A DNA stretch of 64,000 nt from contig CAVRZA010000011.1 of assembly GCA_963725665.1 (NCBI GenBank), positions 544,001 to 608,000 on the forward strand. Direction: 5' to 3'. Below, piece after piece: positions 9,185 through 18,885 of the stretch (within the stretch, counting starts at the first letter, position 1; each line of letters begins with the position of its first letter). This stretch comes from an uncultured Actinomycetes bacterium (GTDB lineage: Bacteria > Actinomycetota > Thermoleophilia > UBA2241). The notes beneath the pieces are model-generated. The model did no database searches. It was not told the origin of the DNA and was given only the letters and a program-made list of their open reading frames with translations. Made by a program: the position numbers and the translations under genes.

Positions 9185-11566
9185 CTACCTCAGGACCGCC
9201 GGCCCGAGGTGCAGCCAGTAGCCCGCCAGCGGACCACCCGCCACTTCCACCTGATCGGCACCGTTGACGATGGCGCGTTGACGCACGGTGGCGGTCGTCG
9301 AGCTGGCGGGCGAGAACTGCAGTGTGGCGGTGATGGCGCCGTCGTCATCGAAGGTCCGTCCGACGTAGACGTGTCCCGCGGGCAGGACCAGCTTGCGCGG
9401 CGGGTCGTAGCTGAGGAAGTGCAGCACGCCGGGCAGGTAGACTCTCCCGGCTCGCTCATGAAGGTGCAACCCCGTCCAGGGTCCCGAGGTGGTCAGGAAC
9501 CAGTAGCCGGGCTGGTGGTAGATGCGCTCGCGGCGCGTCACCGGCAGGCGCAGGGTCTCGGTGACGCGATACGTCCGTCTGCCGATCACCCTTCCCCAGG
9601 AGTCGAAACGCAGCCCCGTGTAGATGCCGGGCACCACCCTGATGCTGCCGCTGATCTCCGGCTTGGGGTAGTCGCTCCTGAAGGCGTCCGCGAGACGGGC
9701 GAAGGTCGTGATGCCGGTGAGGCGATACAGGGTCAGGAACTGGTTCACGTGGATCCCGTGGTAGCCCTGACTGGCAACCAGGTTGTGCGAGAAGCGGTAG
9801 TAGCTCCTCCAGCCCGGGTTGCGGAACCACGGGGCGTAATGCAGCACTGTGGTCAAGGCCCCGTTGAAGAGCTCCAGCGCGCGCTTGTCGTGCGTGAGCT
9901 GGTAGTAGTCGTAGAGGCCGAAGGCCGAGAACATGTGGCCGTTGAAGACGGGGTCGGCGTTGATCCTCGGATATTCCTGCAGCCACAGGTAGCCGTTCTT
10001 GTCGACGCTGACGATCCAGGGTGAGGACGAGGGCCCGGGGCGCAAGAAGCTGGCGAAGGTGCCCTGGGCGGCCTGCAGATAGATCGCCTTTCCCGTTGCT
10101 TCGTGCAGGCCGCCGAAGAGCGCCATGCTGAGCCCATGTCCCATGGCCGAGCACCACGGCGGCGTCATCAACGGCCAGTCGAAGTCGTTGGGGTGGTACC
10201 ACGCGCCTCCGACGAGGATCCTGCGTGCTATGAGGCGCTGCGCCTGCGCCTCGGCGCGTGCCAGGTAGAAGGGATCGTCCGTGAGAGTGTAGGAGGCGAG
10301 GTTCTGGAGACCGTAGCTGGCCTGGGCGCTGACGTGGTTGTAGAGCTTGCCGCCGAACAGTGACAGGCGCACACCATGCTCGTCGTGCAAGCCGGTGTCG
10401 ACTTTGGGAATGGGCCCACCCATGTTCAGCAACGGATAGTCCGCGGGGGGGATGTCGCGCAGCGCTATGCCTGAGACGCGAAAGCGGAAGGGCAGCCTGA
10501 TGCTCCAAGGTTCCGTGACCTTGAGCCGGTTGCCGGCCACCGCGGTCTGCTGGTTGCCGGCGCCGTCGACGGCGTAGACGAAGAAGCGGTAGCTGCCCCT
10601 GGAGAGCCGGCAGGCGAAGCTGGCTGTGAGGAGGGTGTTCACCGGCTTGGCGTGGTAGGTGAGGGTCTTCACCACCGTGCCGGCGCTGTTCCTGATCCTG
10701 ATCGTCACCTCGGCCGTGCCGCCGTTGGGCGCGGCATCGACCACCTTGTAGGCGAGGCTGGCGCTGCGGTAGCGCATGGCGCTGGCCGCCGAGGGCGCCC
10801 GGGTCGCCGGGCGCACCGTGTCGATGCCGAAGCTGAGGCTCTCTGCGCCCTCCACGTTGCCAGCGTTGTCGGCAGAGCGGTAGAGGACGGTGTGGAGACC
10901 GTCGCCGGAGTGGTCTCTGGGCGCCGCCACCGTGAGCAGCGCGCCGCGCACCCAATCGGCGGCGTCGAGCTTGTACTCCGTGTAAGCGACGCTGCTGCCG
11001 GCGTCGGCGGCGGCGCTGAAGGTCAGCGTCAGAGGCGCCCTGTACCAGGTCGCGCCCTGGGCTCCCGCGGCTGTGGTGGCGGGTGGGGTGGTGTCGATCC
11101 TCACGTTCACGCTGCCCGGCGGGTCCTCGAGGTTGCCGGCGTTGTCGGCCGAGCGGAAGAGGACGGTGTGGAGACCGTCGCCGGAGTGGTCCGACGGCGC
11201 TGGCACGGTGGCCTGGGTGTCGCGCACCCAGTAGGCGCCGTCGAGCGAGTACTCCGTGTAGGCGACGCCGGTGCCCGTGTCGGTCGCCGTGAAGGTCACG
11301 GTGACGGGGGCGTTGTGCCACAAGTCGTCGGCGCCGCTAGCCACGGTCACCGGTGGGAGGGTGTCGTCCGCTGCGGCCGTCGCGACGTCGGTCGCCGCCG
11401 GCACGGAGGGGACCGGTGACGTTATGGCGAGAGCAGGGGCGAGGTCGGCTCCGGGCGGTGGCCAGTCGGCTTGCGCCGTCTCGGCCGGAGAGACGGTCGC
11501 GAGCCCGGCCGTCACGAAGACGGCCGCGAACAGTAAGAATCCCAGGACACGCGAGAACCCGGGCAC
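9185..11566 (-). CDS. Secreted Ig-like-repeat + D-glucuronyl C5-epimerase-like protein (paralog 1)
   Basis: Signal peptide; two about 93-aa beta repeats (VAYTEY.LD...DHSGDGLHTVL.RSADNAGN.E); a third beta domain; then the same epimerase-like domain (WCSAMGHG, WLQEYP..VFNGHMFSAFGLYDYY, YHGIH). Confidence 0.78.
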   Translation of the reverse strand: MPGFSRVLGFLLFAAVFVTAGLATVSPAETAQADWPPPGADLAPALAITSPVPSVPAATDVATAAADDTLPPVTVASGADDLWHNAPVTVTFTATDTGTGVAYTEYSLDGAYWVRDTQATVPAPSDHSGDGLHTVLFRSADNAGNLEDPPGSVNVRIDTTPPATTAAGAQGATWYRAPLTLTFSAAADAGSSVAYTEYKLDAADWVRGALLTVAAPRDHSGDGLHTVLYRSADNAGNVEGAESLSFGIDTVRPATRAPSAASAMRYRSASLAYKVVDAAPNGGTAEVTIRIRNSAGTVVKTLTYHAKPVNTLLTASFACRLSRGSYRFFVYAVDGAGNQQTAVAGNRLKVTEPWSIRLPFRFRVSGIALRDIPPADYPLLNMGGPIPKVDTGLHDEHGVRLSLFGGKLYNHVSAQASYGLQNLASYTLTDDPFYLARAEAQAQRLIARRILVGGAWYHPNDFDWPLMTPPWCSAMGHGLSMALFGGLHEATGKAIYLQAAQGTFASFLRPGPSSSPWIVSVDKNGYLWLQEYPRINADPVFNGHMFSAFGLYDYYQLTHDKRALELFNGALTTVLHYAPWFRNPGWRSYYRFSHNLVASQGYHGIHVNQFLTLYRLTGITTFARLADAFRSDYPKPEISGSIRVVPGIYTGLRFDSWGRVIGRRTYRVTETLRLPVTRRERIYHQPGYWFLTTSGPWTGLHLHERAGRVYLPGVLHFLSYDPPRKLVLPAGHVYVGRTFDDDGAITATLQFSPASSTTATVRQRAIVNGADQVEVAGGPLAGYWLHLGPAVLR

Positions 11567-11684
11567 CCCCCACCTCCAGTCGCTGCCATCATGCTACCCA
11601 AGCGAGGATGATAGGACAAATCGGAGGGGACGCGGCGGGCGCCCACGCGTCGCGTTTTGGGCGCCGAGGCGGGCCCGAGGCTTC

Positions 11685-12557
11685 TCAGGAGATGCTCGTC
11701 CAGCTCCAGCCGGAGTCGTGTGCGCTCAACCGGCCAAGGCCGGGGAAGGGGAAGTGGAACGCGTGGATGAGGCAATCCCCGCCGGCGGCCTGCGCCAAGA
11801 ACGCCCGCCGCGTCTGTTCGACGAGGGCGGGGTCGGAGTCGACGACGGAGTACCACTCGGGGTGCGCCACGTGCAGCGGGTGAAGGACGAGGTCGCCGAC
11901 GACAAGGAGCCGCTGGGAGCGCGACGACAGCTCCACCGCGAGGTGGCCGGGCGTGTGACCGGGCGCCGACAGGTAGCGCACGCCGCTGGCCAGTTCGCCT
12001 TCATCGTGGATGAGCTCGAGGCACTGCTGGAGCTTAGGGAGCGTCTGACGCGCGAAACCGAGCAGGAACGCCCCGGTCTCGCCGGGCAACGCCCCTTCCG
12101 CCTCGCCTTCCATCCAGAAGTCCCACTCACTCCTCGACAGCAGGACGCGCGCCGCCGGGAAGACGGGCGAACCGGCACGATCGATCAGGCCGCCGATGTG
12201 GTCCGGGTGGCCGTGTGTGAGGATCACGACGTCGATGTCCGACGGAGCGACGCCGGCGCTGGCGAGGTTCTCGACCAGCCGCCCCGTGCCCGGGTCGAGA
12301 TCGCCGGCGCCGGCGTCGACCAGGATCCGCTGTGTGCCCATGTCGACCAGGAGGCAGGTGCACTCTTCGGTCCACTGCGTCCAGGGCAGAGTCTCCCCTG
12401 CCTTCTCGACGGCCGCGTCGACTTCGGCCTGGGGAGCGTTCGCGAACAGCACGGTGGCCGGGGACGGATCGTCCGGTGGTCCCCAGATCAATGCCCCGTC
12501 GCTGACGGCGATACAGTCGAGCTCCCCTACCGCGAAGCGATAGTGTCCTTGTGCCAC
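11685..12557 (-). CDS. MBL-fold metallo-hydrolase
   Basis: THGHPDHIGG, PGHTPGH, GDL, HFPFPG. GTG start preceded by AAGGAGG. Confidence 0.9.
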   Translation of the reverse strand: MAQGHYRFAVGELDCIAVSDGALIWGPPDDPSPATVLFANAPQAEVDAAVEKAGETLPWTQWTEECTCLLVDMGTQRILVDAGAGDLDPGTGRLVENLASAGVAPSDIDVVILTHGHPDHIGGLIDRAGSPVFPAARVLLSRSEWDFWMEGEAEGALPGETGAFLLGFARQTLPKLQQCLELIHDEGELASGVRYLSAPGHTPGHLAVELSSRSQRLLVVGDLVLHPLHVAHPEWYSVVDSDPALVEQTRRAFLAQAAGGDCLIHAFHFPFPGLGRLSAHDSGWSWTSIS

Positions 12558-12696
12558 TGACTGCCTCCTTTTCACGACGGCTCTCATGAGGTGATTGTAG
12601 CGCCGGCGCAGGGCGGGCCCTCTGCGTCCCGACTCCATCGGCGCGGGCTGGGCTCGGTGTGCCCGCGACGCTGGGACGAGAAGCTCAGCGCACCTT

Positions 12697-13305
12697 CTAG
12701 CCGGCTTGCGTCTGGTCCTCTAGCCGCCTTCGCCAAGCCGTGAGGGTCTCTGGGTCGTAGCGCGACAGGCGGTCGCCGATCACCTCACTGTGCGCCCGTC
12801 GCTGCGGCTGCAGGTGTACGGCATCGCGGCCGGCGTACACGAGGAAGTCGGCGATCATGGAGCGATGGCAGCGCCACCAGAGAGCTTCGGCGCACATGAT
12901 GGCGACGTCGCGCGCGGCCCCGGCCTCGATAAGCTCGAGGGCCACGCGCAGGAACTCCTCGCTCGCCATGTGTCGCTCGTAGGCGGCGAAGCCGCTCTCG
13001 CTCCAGGCGTTCGGGTCGCGCAGCGTGAACGGCTCCGCGGGCGAGTCGGGCGCCCGGTGGGGGTGCTGGGCGGATGGGTCGGGGCGCTGGGCGGGCGGCG
13101 CTCGGCGTCGCCCGCCCAGCGCCCCGACCCAGCGGTACTCGATCCCCGCCGCTGGCAGCCACTCCTCGAGCTGCTCCCTCCGGAACCACTCGAAGCGCGA
13201 GACCGGGAAGGAGCGCACGTCCCACACGAGGCCGACGGGCACGGTGCGCAGCATGTCGAGGAACGCGTCTCGGTCGAGGTTCGAATGACCTACGGTGAAG
13301 ATCAC
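12697..13305 (-). CDS. DUF488 family protein
   Basis: IFTVGHSN...DVRSFPVSR...LGGRR...MCAEALWWRCHRSMIAD. Confidence 0.85.
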   Translation of the reverse strand: MIFTVGHSNLDRDAFLDMLRTVPVGLVWDVRSFPVSRFEWFRREQLEEWLPAAGIEYRWVGALGGRRRAPPAQRPDPSAQHPHRAPDSPAEPFTLRDPNAWSESGFAAYERHMASEEFLRVALELIEAGAARDVAIMCAEALWWRCHRSMIADFLVYAGRDAVHLQPQRRAHSEVIGDRLSRYDPETLTAWRRRLEDQTQAG

Positions 13306-13419
13306 AATCGGCGCCTTCCGGGGAATAGCTGCACAACGAATCTCATGACAGGTTCTCGCATGCGGGCCCGCGGGGCAAACCCGGGCGCTGGCAGCGGGAC
13401 AACGGAGGACGGTGGCTCC

Positions 13420-14325
13420 ATGACAGAGAACGGGACGGTACTTGTAGCAGGCGCCGACACGCGCCACGGACGGGCGTACACGCTGGCTTTCTTCGCCGGC
13501 GGCTATCGGGTCGGGGCGCTTGTCGCCGAGGCCTCTGCGGCGCGCCCCGGTCAGGCCGGGCAAGCTGCGCTGGCGGCGGCGCTCGGCGCCGAGCCCGTGA
13601 CGGCCGACCTCAGCGACGCCGCGGCGCTGCGACGCTTGCTGAAAGGTGTGGACGCCGTAGTGATCGCCCTCGACGGGCGCGGCGTCGAAGGACGCACGGT
13701 CGAGGAGCGCACGACACGGGCCCTGGTCGACGCCGCCGCTGCCGAGCGGGTGGCCATCCTGTACTCGTCGTTGCTGCACGCAGAGTGGCAGACGGGTGTG
13801 CCGGCGCTCGACTTGAAGGGGCGCCTCGAGCTCGTGGCGCGCCGCTCGGGTGCGCCGGTGACGATCCTGCGCCCGGGCATGCTCATGGACGTCTTCGACG
13901 ACCCGGGCATGCGCGAGCGCGCGACGAGCGACGGCGTGCTGGCGAGCGCCATCGCCGTCGACACCGCCGTGTCGTACCTGGCCGCCGACGACCTGGGCCT
14001 GCTCGCGGTGCTTGCTCTCGAGATCTTCGGCCGCGCGGGCGCGACGCTCGATCTCGGCGGCCCGGAGGCCCTGACATTCCGCGAGCTGATCCCGCGGCTC
14101 TGGGGCATGACGGGTCACAGTGTCACCTACGAGCAGCTTCCCCTGGACGAGGTGCGGGCGCGCTCGGGCCAGGAGGAGGCGCTGCTCGTCCAGCATGTCA
14201 ACGGCGTTGGGTACGCGGTGGACATGCGCCAGCTGCTCGAGCGGGTCCCGCTGCGTCTCGCGACGCTGACCGACTACCTGGCTGCGAGGGGCTGGGCGAC
14301 GCGCGTCGAGCGCGTCGCGGCGTAG
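13420..14325 (+). CDS. NmrA-like NAD(P)-binding protein
   Basis: N-terminal Rossmann-like VLVAGA, TGVPALDLKGRLE, TILRPG..MD, LGGPEALT. RBS GGAGG upstream. Confidence 0.75.
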   Translation: MTENGTVLVAGADTRHGRAYTLAFFAGGYRVGALVAEASAARPGQAGQAALAAALGAEPVTADLSDAAALRRLLKGVDAVVIALDGRGVEGRTVEERTTRALVDAAAAERVAILYSSLLHAEWQTGVPALDLKGRLELVARRSGAPVTILRPGMLMDVFDDPGMRERATSDGVLASAIAVDTAVSYLAADDLGLLAVLALEIFGRAGATLDLGGPEALTFRELIPRLWGMTGHSVTYEQLPLDEVRARSGQEEALLVQHVNGVGYAVDMRQLLERVPLRLATLTDYLAARGWATRVERVAA

Positions 14326-14444
14326 CTGCGTGCGCCGTCCCGGGTCCGAGCGGCGGGTCCCCGAGGCGCCCTGATAGGATGTGGCGCGCCGGCCGGCGGC
14401 GCTAGGCCGCCGGCCGGCGCGCCGCGTCGTCACGGGGGTCGCCG

Positions 14445-15605
14445 ATGAAGATCACGCCGTTCGCCATCGAGCGCTACTTCGCGCGCTACGAGTTCAGCGC
14501 CCGCTACCTCCTCTCCAGCTCCGATTGCGAAGCCCTGACGCAGGCGGAGGTCCTCGAGCGAGCCGACGCGGAGACGAAGGAGCTGTGGGGCCGCCTTAGC
14601 CTCGGCTACACCGAGTCGCCCGGTCTTCCGCTTCTGCGTCGGGAGATCGCCGGACTCTACGAGGGCGTTCTACCCAACGAGGTCCTCGAGGTCGTCCCCG
14701 AGGAGGGCATCCTGCTGGCCATGAGGGTGCTGCTCGAGCCGGGTGACCATGTCGTGGCGACCTTCCCGGGGTATCAGTCGCTCTACCAGCTCGCCGCCGA
14801 CATGGGCTGTGAGGTGAGCTTCTGGCGACCGGAGGAACGAGACGACGGCTGGCATTTCGGCCTCGACGGACTGCGGGGTGTGCTGCGTCCAGCGACGAAG
14901 CTCGTCGTCGTCAACTTCCCCCACAACCCCACCGGGGCGCTGCCCTCAGCCGACGAGTTCGCCGCCCTCGTCGAGCTGGTAGCCGAGAGCGGCGCGCGCC
15001 TCTTCTGCGACGAGATGTACCGCTTTCTCGAGCTCGATGCGGGAGGCCGTTTGCCGTCGGCCGTCGAGCTCTCGGCGCGCGCCGTCGCGCTCTGCGGCCT
15101 CTCGAAATCCTTCGCCGCCCCCGGTCTGCGTCTCGGCTGGCTGGTCACGCACGACGCCGAGTTGCTCGCCCGTCTGGCCGTCGCCAAGGACTACTCGACC
15201 ATCTGCGCCGGCGCCCCGAGCGAGATCCTGGGCGTGATGGTTCTGCGCGACCGCGAACGCGTGCTGGCGCGCAACCTGGAGCTGGTGGGCGCGAACGCGG
15301 CGGCCTTCGAGGACTTCGCCCGTCGTCACGCCGACCTCGTGACCTGGGCACCGCCCCGCGCAGGCTCGATAGCCTTCCCGCGTCTGGCGACGCCCGAGGG
15401 CACGGCCGGCTTCTGCACCCGACTGGTCGAGGAGACCGGCGTCATGATCCTGCCGGCGACAGTCTTCGATTACGACGACGCCCACGTGCGCATCGGCCTC
15501 GGCCGCGCGCCGTTCAGAGAAGGGCTGGCCGTCCTCGAGGAGTGGCTTGCCGCCCGGGGCTCGCCCCAAGGCGCCGGCAGCGGGCCTCCCGAAAGCGTTG
15601 GCTGA
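14445..15605 (+). CDS. PLP-dependent aminotransferase class I/II
   Basis: NFPHNPTG, CDEMYR, GLSKSFAAPGLRLGW (PLP lysine). Confidence 0.92.
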   Translation: MKITPFAIERYFARYEFSARYLLSSSDCEALTQAEVLERADAETKELWGRLSLGYTESPGLPLLRREIAGLYEGVLPNEVLEVVPEEGILLAMRVLLEPGDHVVATFPGYQSLYQLAADMGCEVSFWRPEERDDGWHFGLDGLRGVLRPATKLVVVNFPHNPTGALPSADEFAALVELVAESGARLFCDEMYRFLELDAGGRLPSAVELSARAVALCGLSKSFAAPGLRLGWLVTHDAELLARLAVAKDYSTICAGAPSEILGVMVLRDRERVLARNLELVGANAAAFEDFARRHADLVTWAPPRAGSIAFPRLATPEGTAGFCTRLVEETGVMILPATVFDYDDAHVRIGLGRAPFREGLAVLEEWLAARGSPQGAGSGPPESVG

Positions 15606-15608
15606 GGC

Positions 15609-17051
15609 GTGGTGAGGGTGAGCGAGACAGGATCCAGCCCGGCGGCACGGCTGAGGGTCTGGGGCGAGGACGCTTGCCGCCGTGTGCACGAGACGACGCT
15701 GCGGCTTCTCGCCCAGACCGGCGTCGAGATGCACCACGCCGAGGCGCGCGAGCTGTGCCGCGCGGCCGGGGCGCGCGTCGAGGGCACCCGCGTGCGCCTG
15801 CCGCGCGATCTCGTCGAGCGCTCCTTGGATGCGGCGCCGAAGTCGTGCGTGCTGCCCGGGCGGGGGGCGGGCGCGCCGCCGCTGGTCCTCGAGCAGGGCC
15901 ATTCCTACTTCGGCACTGGGCCCGACTGCCTCTACGTCTGCGATCTCGACAGCGGAGAGCGGCGCCGCGCCCGCCTCTCCGACGTGACGGCCGCCGCCGC
16001 GCTGTGCGAGAAGCTGCCGCAGATCGACTTCGTCATGTCGATGGCCCTGCCCGAGGATATCGAGGGCGACGTCGTCGACCTGGCGCAGCTCGCCGCCATG
16101 CTGGCCGCCACGAGCAAGCCGATCGTCGTCTCGAGTCCCTTCGGCGGCGAGTCGCTGCCGGTGATGCGCGAGATGGCGGCGATCTGTGGCGAGGCAGGCA
16201 GCTTCGCCTGCCTCGCCATGACCTCGCCGCCGCTCAGCATCGACGAGGTCGCCGCCGACAAGACCATCGCCTGCGCGCGACTCGGCGTACCGCTGGTGAT
16301 GTCTACAGCGCCTTCGGCCGGCTCGACCGGGCCGGCTTCACTACCCGCTTTGGTCCTCATCAGCAACGCTGAGATCCTCGCAGCGTTGGTGCTCCACCAG
16401 CTCGCGTCGCCCGGGGCGCCCTTCGTCTACGGCGCCGGTGTCGGGGTGATGAACATGCGCACCGGCACCGATCCCTACGTGCCGCCCGGGTCCTGGCTCG
16501 GTGACCAGGCGGGCTGTGACCTGGCCGCCTTCTACAGCCTGCCGAGCTGGGCGTACGCGTTCTGCTCCGACAGCAAGGTCCTCGACGAGCAGTGGGCGCT
16601 CGAGGCTGGCATCGCCGCGATCCTCGGCGCCGCCTCGCGGGCGACGCTGCTGCACGACGTCGGCTACCTCGAGACCGGGTTGCAGGCCTCTCTCGAGGCG
16701 ATCGTCCTCGGCAACGAGGTGGCCGGCTACGCGCGCGCCTTCCTCCAGGAGCTACCGGTCGACGAGGAGGCGCTGCTGGTCGACGAGATCGCCGCCGTCG
16801 GGCCTGGAGGCGCGCATCTGAGCCGCCCCTTCACACGCGCACACTATCGCGACTTCTGGCAGGCGGAGCTGCTCGATCAGTCCGCGCACGAACGCTGGCT
16901 TGCGAGTGGAGGACAGACGCTCCGCGAGCGGCTCCGCGCCCGGACGCGCGAGCTCTGCTCCTCGCCGCCCGCCTTCTCGCTCGACGCTTCGGTCAGAGAG
17001 CGTGTCGACCGCCTCGTGAAGGAACGGGTCCGGCGAGCGCCGACCCGGTAG
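15609..17051 (+). CDS. Trimethylamine methyltransferase (MttB) family protein, non-pyrrolysine
   Basis: VHETTLRLLAQTGV, AGSTGPASLPAL...NAEILA...QLASPGAPFVYG, SDSKVLDEQ, IAAVGPGGAHL. No in-frame amber codon. Confidence 0.85.
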   Translation: MVRVSETGSSPAARLRVWGEDACRRVHETTLRLLAQTGVEMHHAEARELCRAAGARVEGTRVRLPRDLVERSLDAAPKSCVLPGRGAGAPPLVLEQGHSYFGTGPDCLYVCDLDSGERRRARLSDVTAAAALCEKLPQIDFVMSMALPEDIEGDVVDLAQLAAMLAATSKPIVVSSPFGGESLPVMREMAAICGEAGSFACLAMTSPPLSIDEVAADKTIACARLGVPLVMSTAPSAGSTGPASLPALVLISNAEILAALVLHQLASPGAPFVYGAGVGVMNMRTGTDPYVPPGSWLGDQAGCDLAAFYSLPSWAYAFCSDSKVLDEQWALEAGIAAILGAASRATLLHDVGYLETGLQASLEAIVLGNEVAGYARAFLQELPVDEEALLVDEIAAVGPGGAHLSRPFTRAHYRDFWQAELLDQSAHERWLASGGQTLRERLRARTRELCSSPPAFSLDASVRERVDRLVKERVRRAPTR

Positions 17052-17153
17052 GGGTCCGTCGCGCCGGGCGTCTGAGGCGCCGCACAAGGACCTGCGAACC
17101 TCGTTCATGGAGCGGGCGTCTCTCCGACAGGTACTCACGTTGGGAGGCAGGCC

Positions 17154-17565
17154 ATGAAGAGACTGATTGTGATCATCGCCGTAGCGGCCGTCGCGGGAGC
17201 GGGCGTCGCGCTGTGGTTCGTTCTCGCCGGCCATGAGAGCGACGCAGGGGGGATCCCGGTCACGCCCGGACCGGCCTTGCAGTTCGACGTGCGCGGAGTG
17301 GTGAGCAATGTCAGCGCCGACCCGTCGGGCCCGGGTGGCGCCTTCCTGGTGAGGGGGACGCCCCTCGGCCAGTCAGGAGTCGACTATGCGTCGGTGCGCG
17401 TCACGCCCGACACCCGCATCTACGTGGAGTCGGGCGGCTCGCTGGCTCCCGCCGGCTTCGCCGCCCTCAGGGACGGTCAGACGGTGAAGGTGGATCTCGT
17501 GGGGCCGGTGGCCGAGTCCTACCCGGTCCAGGCGCTCCGCTGGGACCATCGTGATCCTCGAGTGA
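17154..17565 (+). CDS. Membrane-anchored DUF3221/YobA-like protein (frameshift near 17533)
   Basis: N-terminal TM; ...L.DGQTVKV...GPVAESYPVQA motif. The corrected frame ends AGTIVILE-stop at 17565. Confidence 0.6.
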
Positions 17566-17583
17566 CCGGCCGACCGGGCCCGT

Positions 17584-18234
17584 CTACGAGAGGTCGTCGA
17601 GGCGGCACACGGCCCCGGGGCTCGTCACGACGAGAAGGACGTCGCCGACCTCGATGCGCACGTCGGGTCCCGGCATGACGACCTCAGCGCCGCGCAGGAT
17701 CGCTGCCGCATTGCAGCCTTGCGGGACGTGCAGCTCGGTCATCGACTTGCCGGCGAGAGTGCCGCCGTCGCTCGCCGTCACCGCGCTTACGGTGATCTCG
17801 CCCTCGCCGAGGCTCAGCAGCTCGACGATGTCGCTCAGCTTCGCCTCCTCTTCGATGAGGCTGGCGACGATCTGCGCCGAGTCGATGGCGACGTCGACCC
17901 CCCAGCTGCGGTTGTAGAGCCAGCGGTTGCGCGGGTTGCGCACCGCGGCGATGACCTTCTTGACCTTGTACTCGTTCTTGGCCAGCAGGGAAGCGACCAG
18001 GTTGTCCTCGTCGTGACCCGTCGCCGCGATCAGCACGTCGGCCCGATCGACGCCGGCCGCGAGCAGAATGTACGGCTCGTCGGCGTCGCCGTTGACGACC
18101 TCGCAGCCGAGCTCCTCCCTGAGGGCGTTGGCGCGCGCCTCGTCCTGCTCGATGACGACTACGGTGTGGATCGGGTTGAGGATCTGGCTGACCCTGCGGC
18201 CCAGCTTGCCGGCGCCGGCGATCACGACTCTCAT
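17584..18234 (-). CDS. trkA: TrkA/KtrA-family RCK potassium-uptake regulator (copy 2)
   Basis: MRVVIAGAGKLG, GDADEP..L..AGVDRAD.LIAATGHDEDNL, C-terminal TrkA-C domain. Confidence 0.9.
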   Translation of the reverse strand: MRVVIAGAGKLGRRVSQILNPIHTVVVIEQDEARANALREELGCEVVNGDADEPYILLAAGVDRADVLIAATGHDEDNLVASLLAKNEYKVKKVIAAVRNPRNRWLYNRSWGVDVAIDSAQIVASLIEEEAKLSDIVELLSLGEGEITVSAVTASDGGTLAGKSMTELHVPQGCNAAAILRGAEVVMPGPDVRIEVGDVLLVVTSPGAVCRLDDLS

Positions 18235-18885
18235 GACTTCCACCCCATCATCTTCTGGAACCTGTCGACGGCGCTCTGGTGCACGACCACGTGGACCTGG
18301 TCTTCCTCCTCGATGAGCGTGCCCGAGACGGGGATCATGCCCCTCCCCTTGCGCACGATGAGCGCGACGCGGATCTCGCCCGGCACGCGCAGGTCGTTGA
18401 TCGGCTTGCCGACCAGGTGAGGCCGGGGCCCACGCCGACATGAGCTGCACCTCGCCGTTGCCGAAGGCGATCTCGCGCTCGAGCTGCTCGCTGGTGAGGA
18501 ACTCGATGATCTTGCCAGCACTCCAGGCGGTGGGCGCGAAGGTGGTCACGCCGTAGCGGCGGTAGATCTCGGCCCGCTGCGGGTCGTAGATGCGCGCCAC
18601 GACGTCGGGCACACGGTAGACCTCCTTGGCCACGCGCGCGACGATGATGTTGGTGTTGTCGCCGCTCGTCACCGCGACAAGGCCGTCGGCGCGCTCGATG
18701 TCGGCCTCCTCGAGGATCGTCCTGTCGTAGCTCATGCCCTCAAGCTGCTTGCCGGCGAAGGTTCGCGGCAGTAGTCGGAAGGCGTTCGCGTTGCGGTCGA
18801 TGACCACGACGCTGTGGCCTTCGCGGTTCAAGCTGGCGGCGGCGGAGGCGCCGACGCGCCCACACCCGACGATGATCACGTGCAT
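18231..18885 (-). CDS. trkA: TrkA/KtrA-family RCK protein (copy 1, frameshift near 18425)
   Basis: MHVIIVGCGRVG, AVTSGDNTNII.ARVAKE, ARIYDPQRAEIY. The C-terminus continues in ORF 18231..18521. Confidence 0.88.

Noticed and set aside
15609-17051. Pyrrolysine-containing methyltransferase
   Set aside because: The ORF is uninterrupted with no in-frame TAG, and no pyl genes are present.
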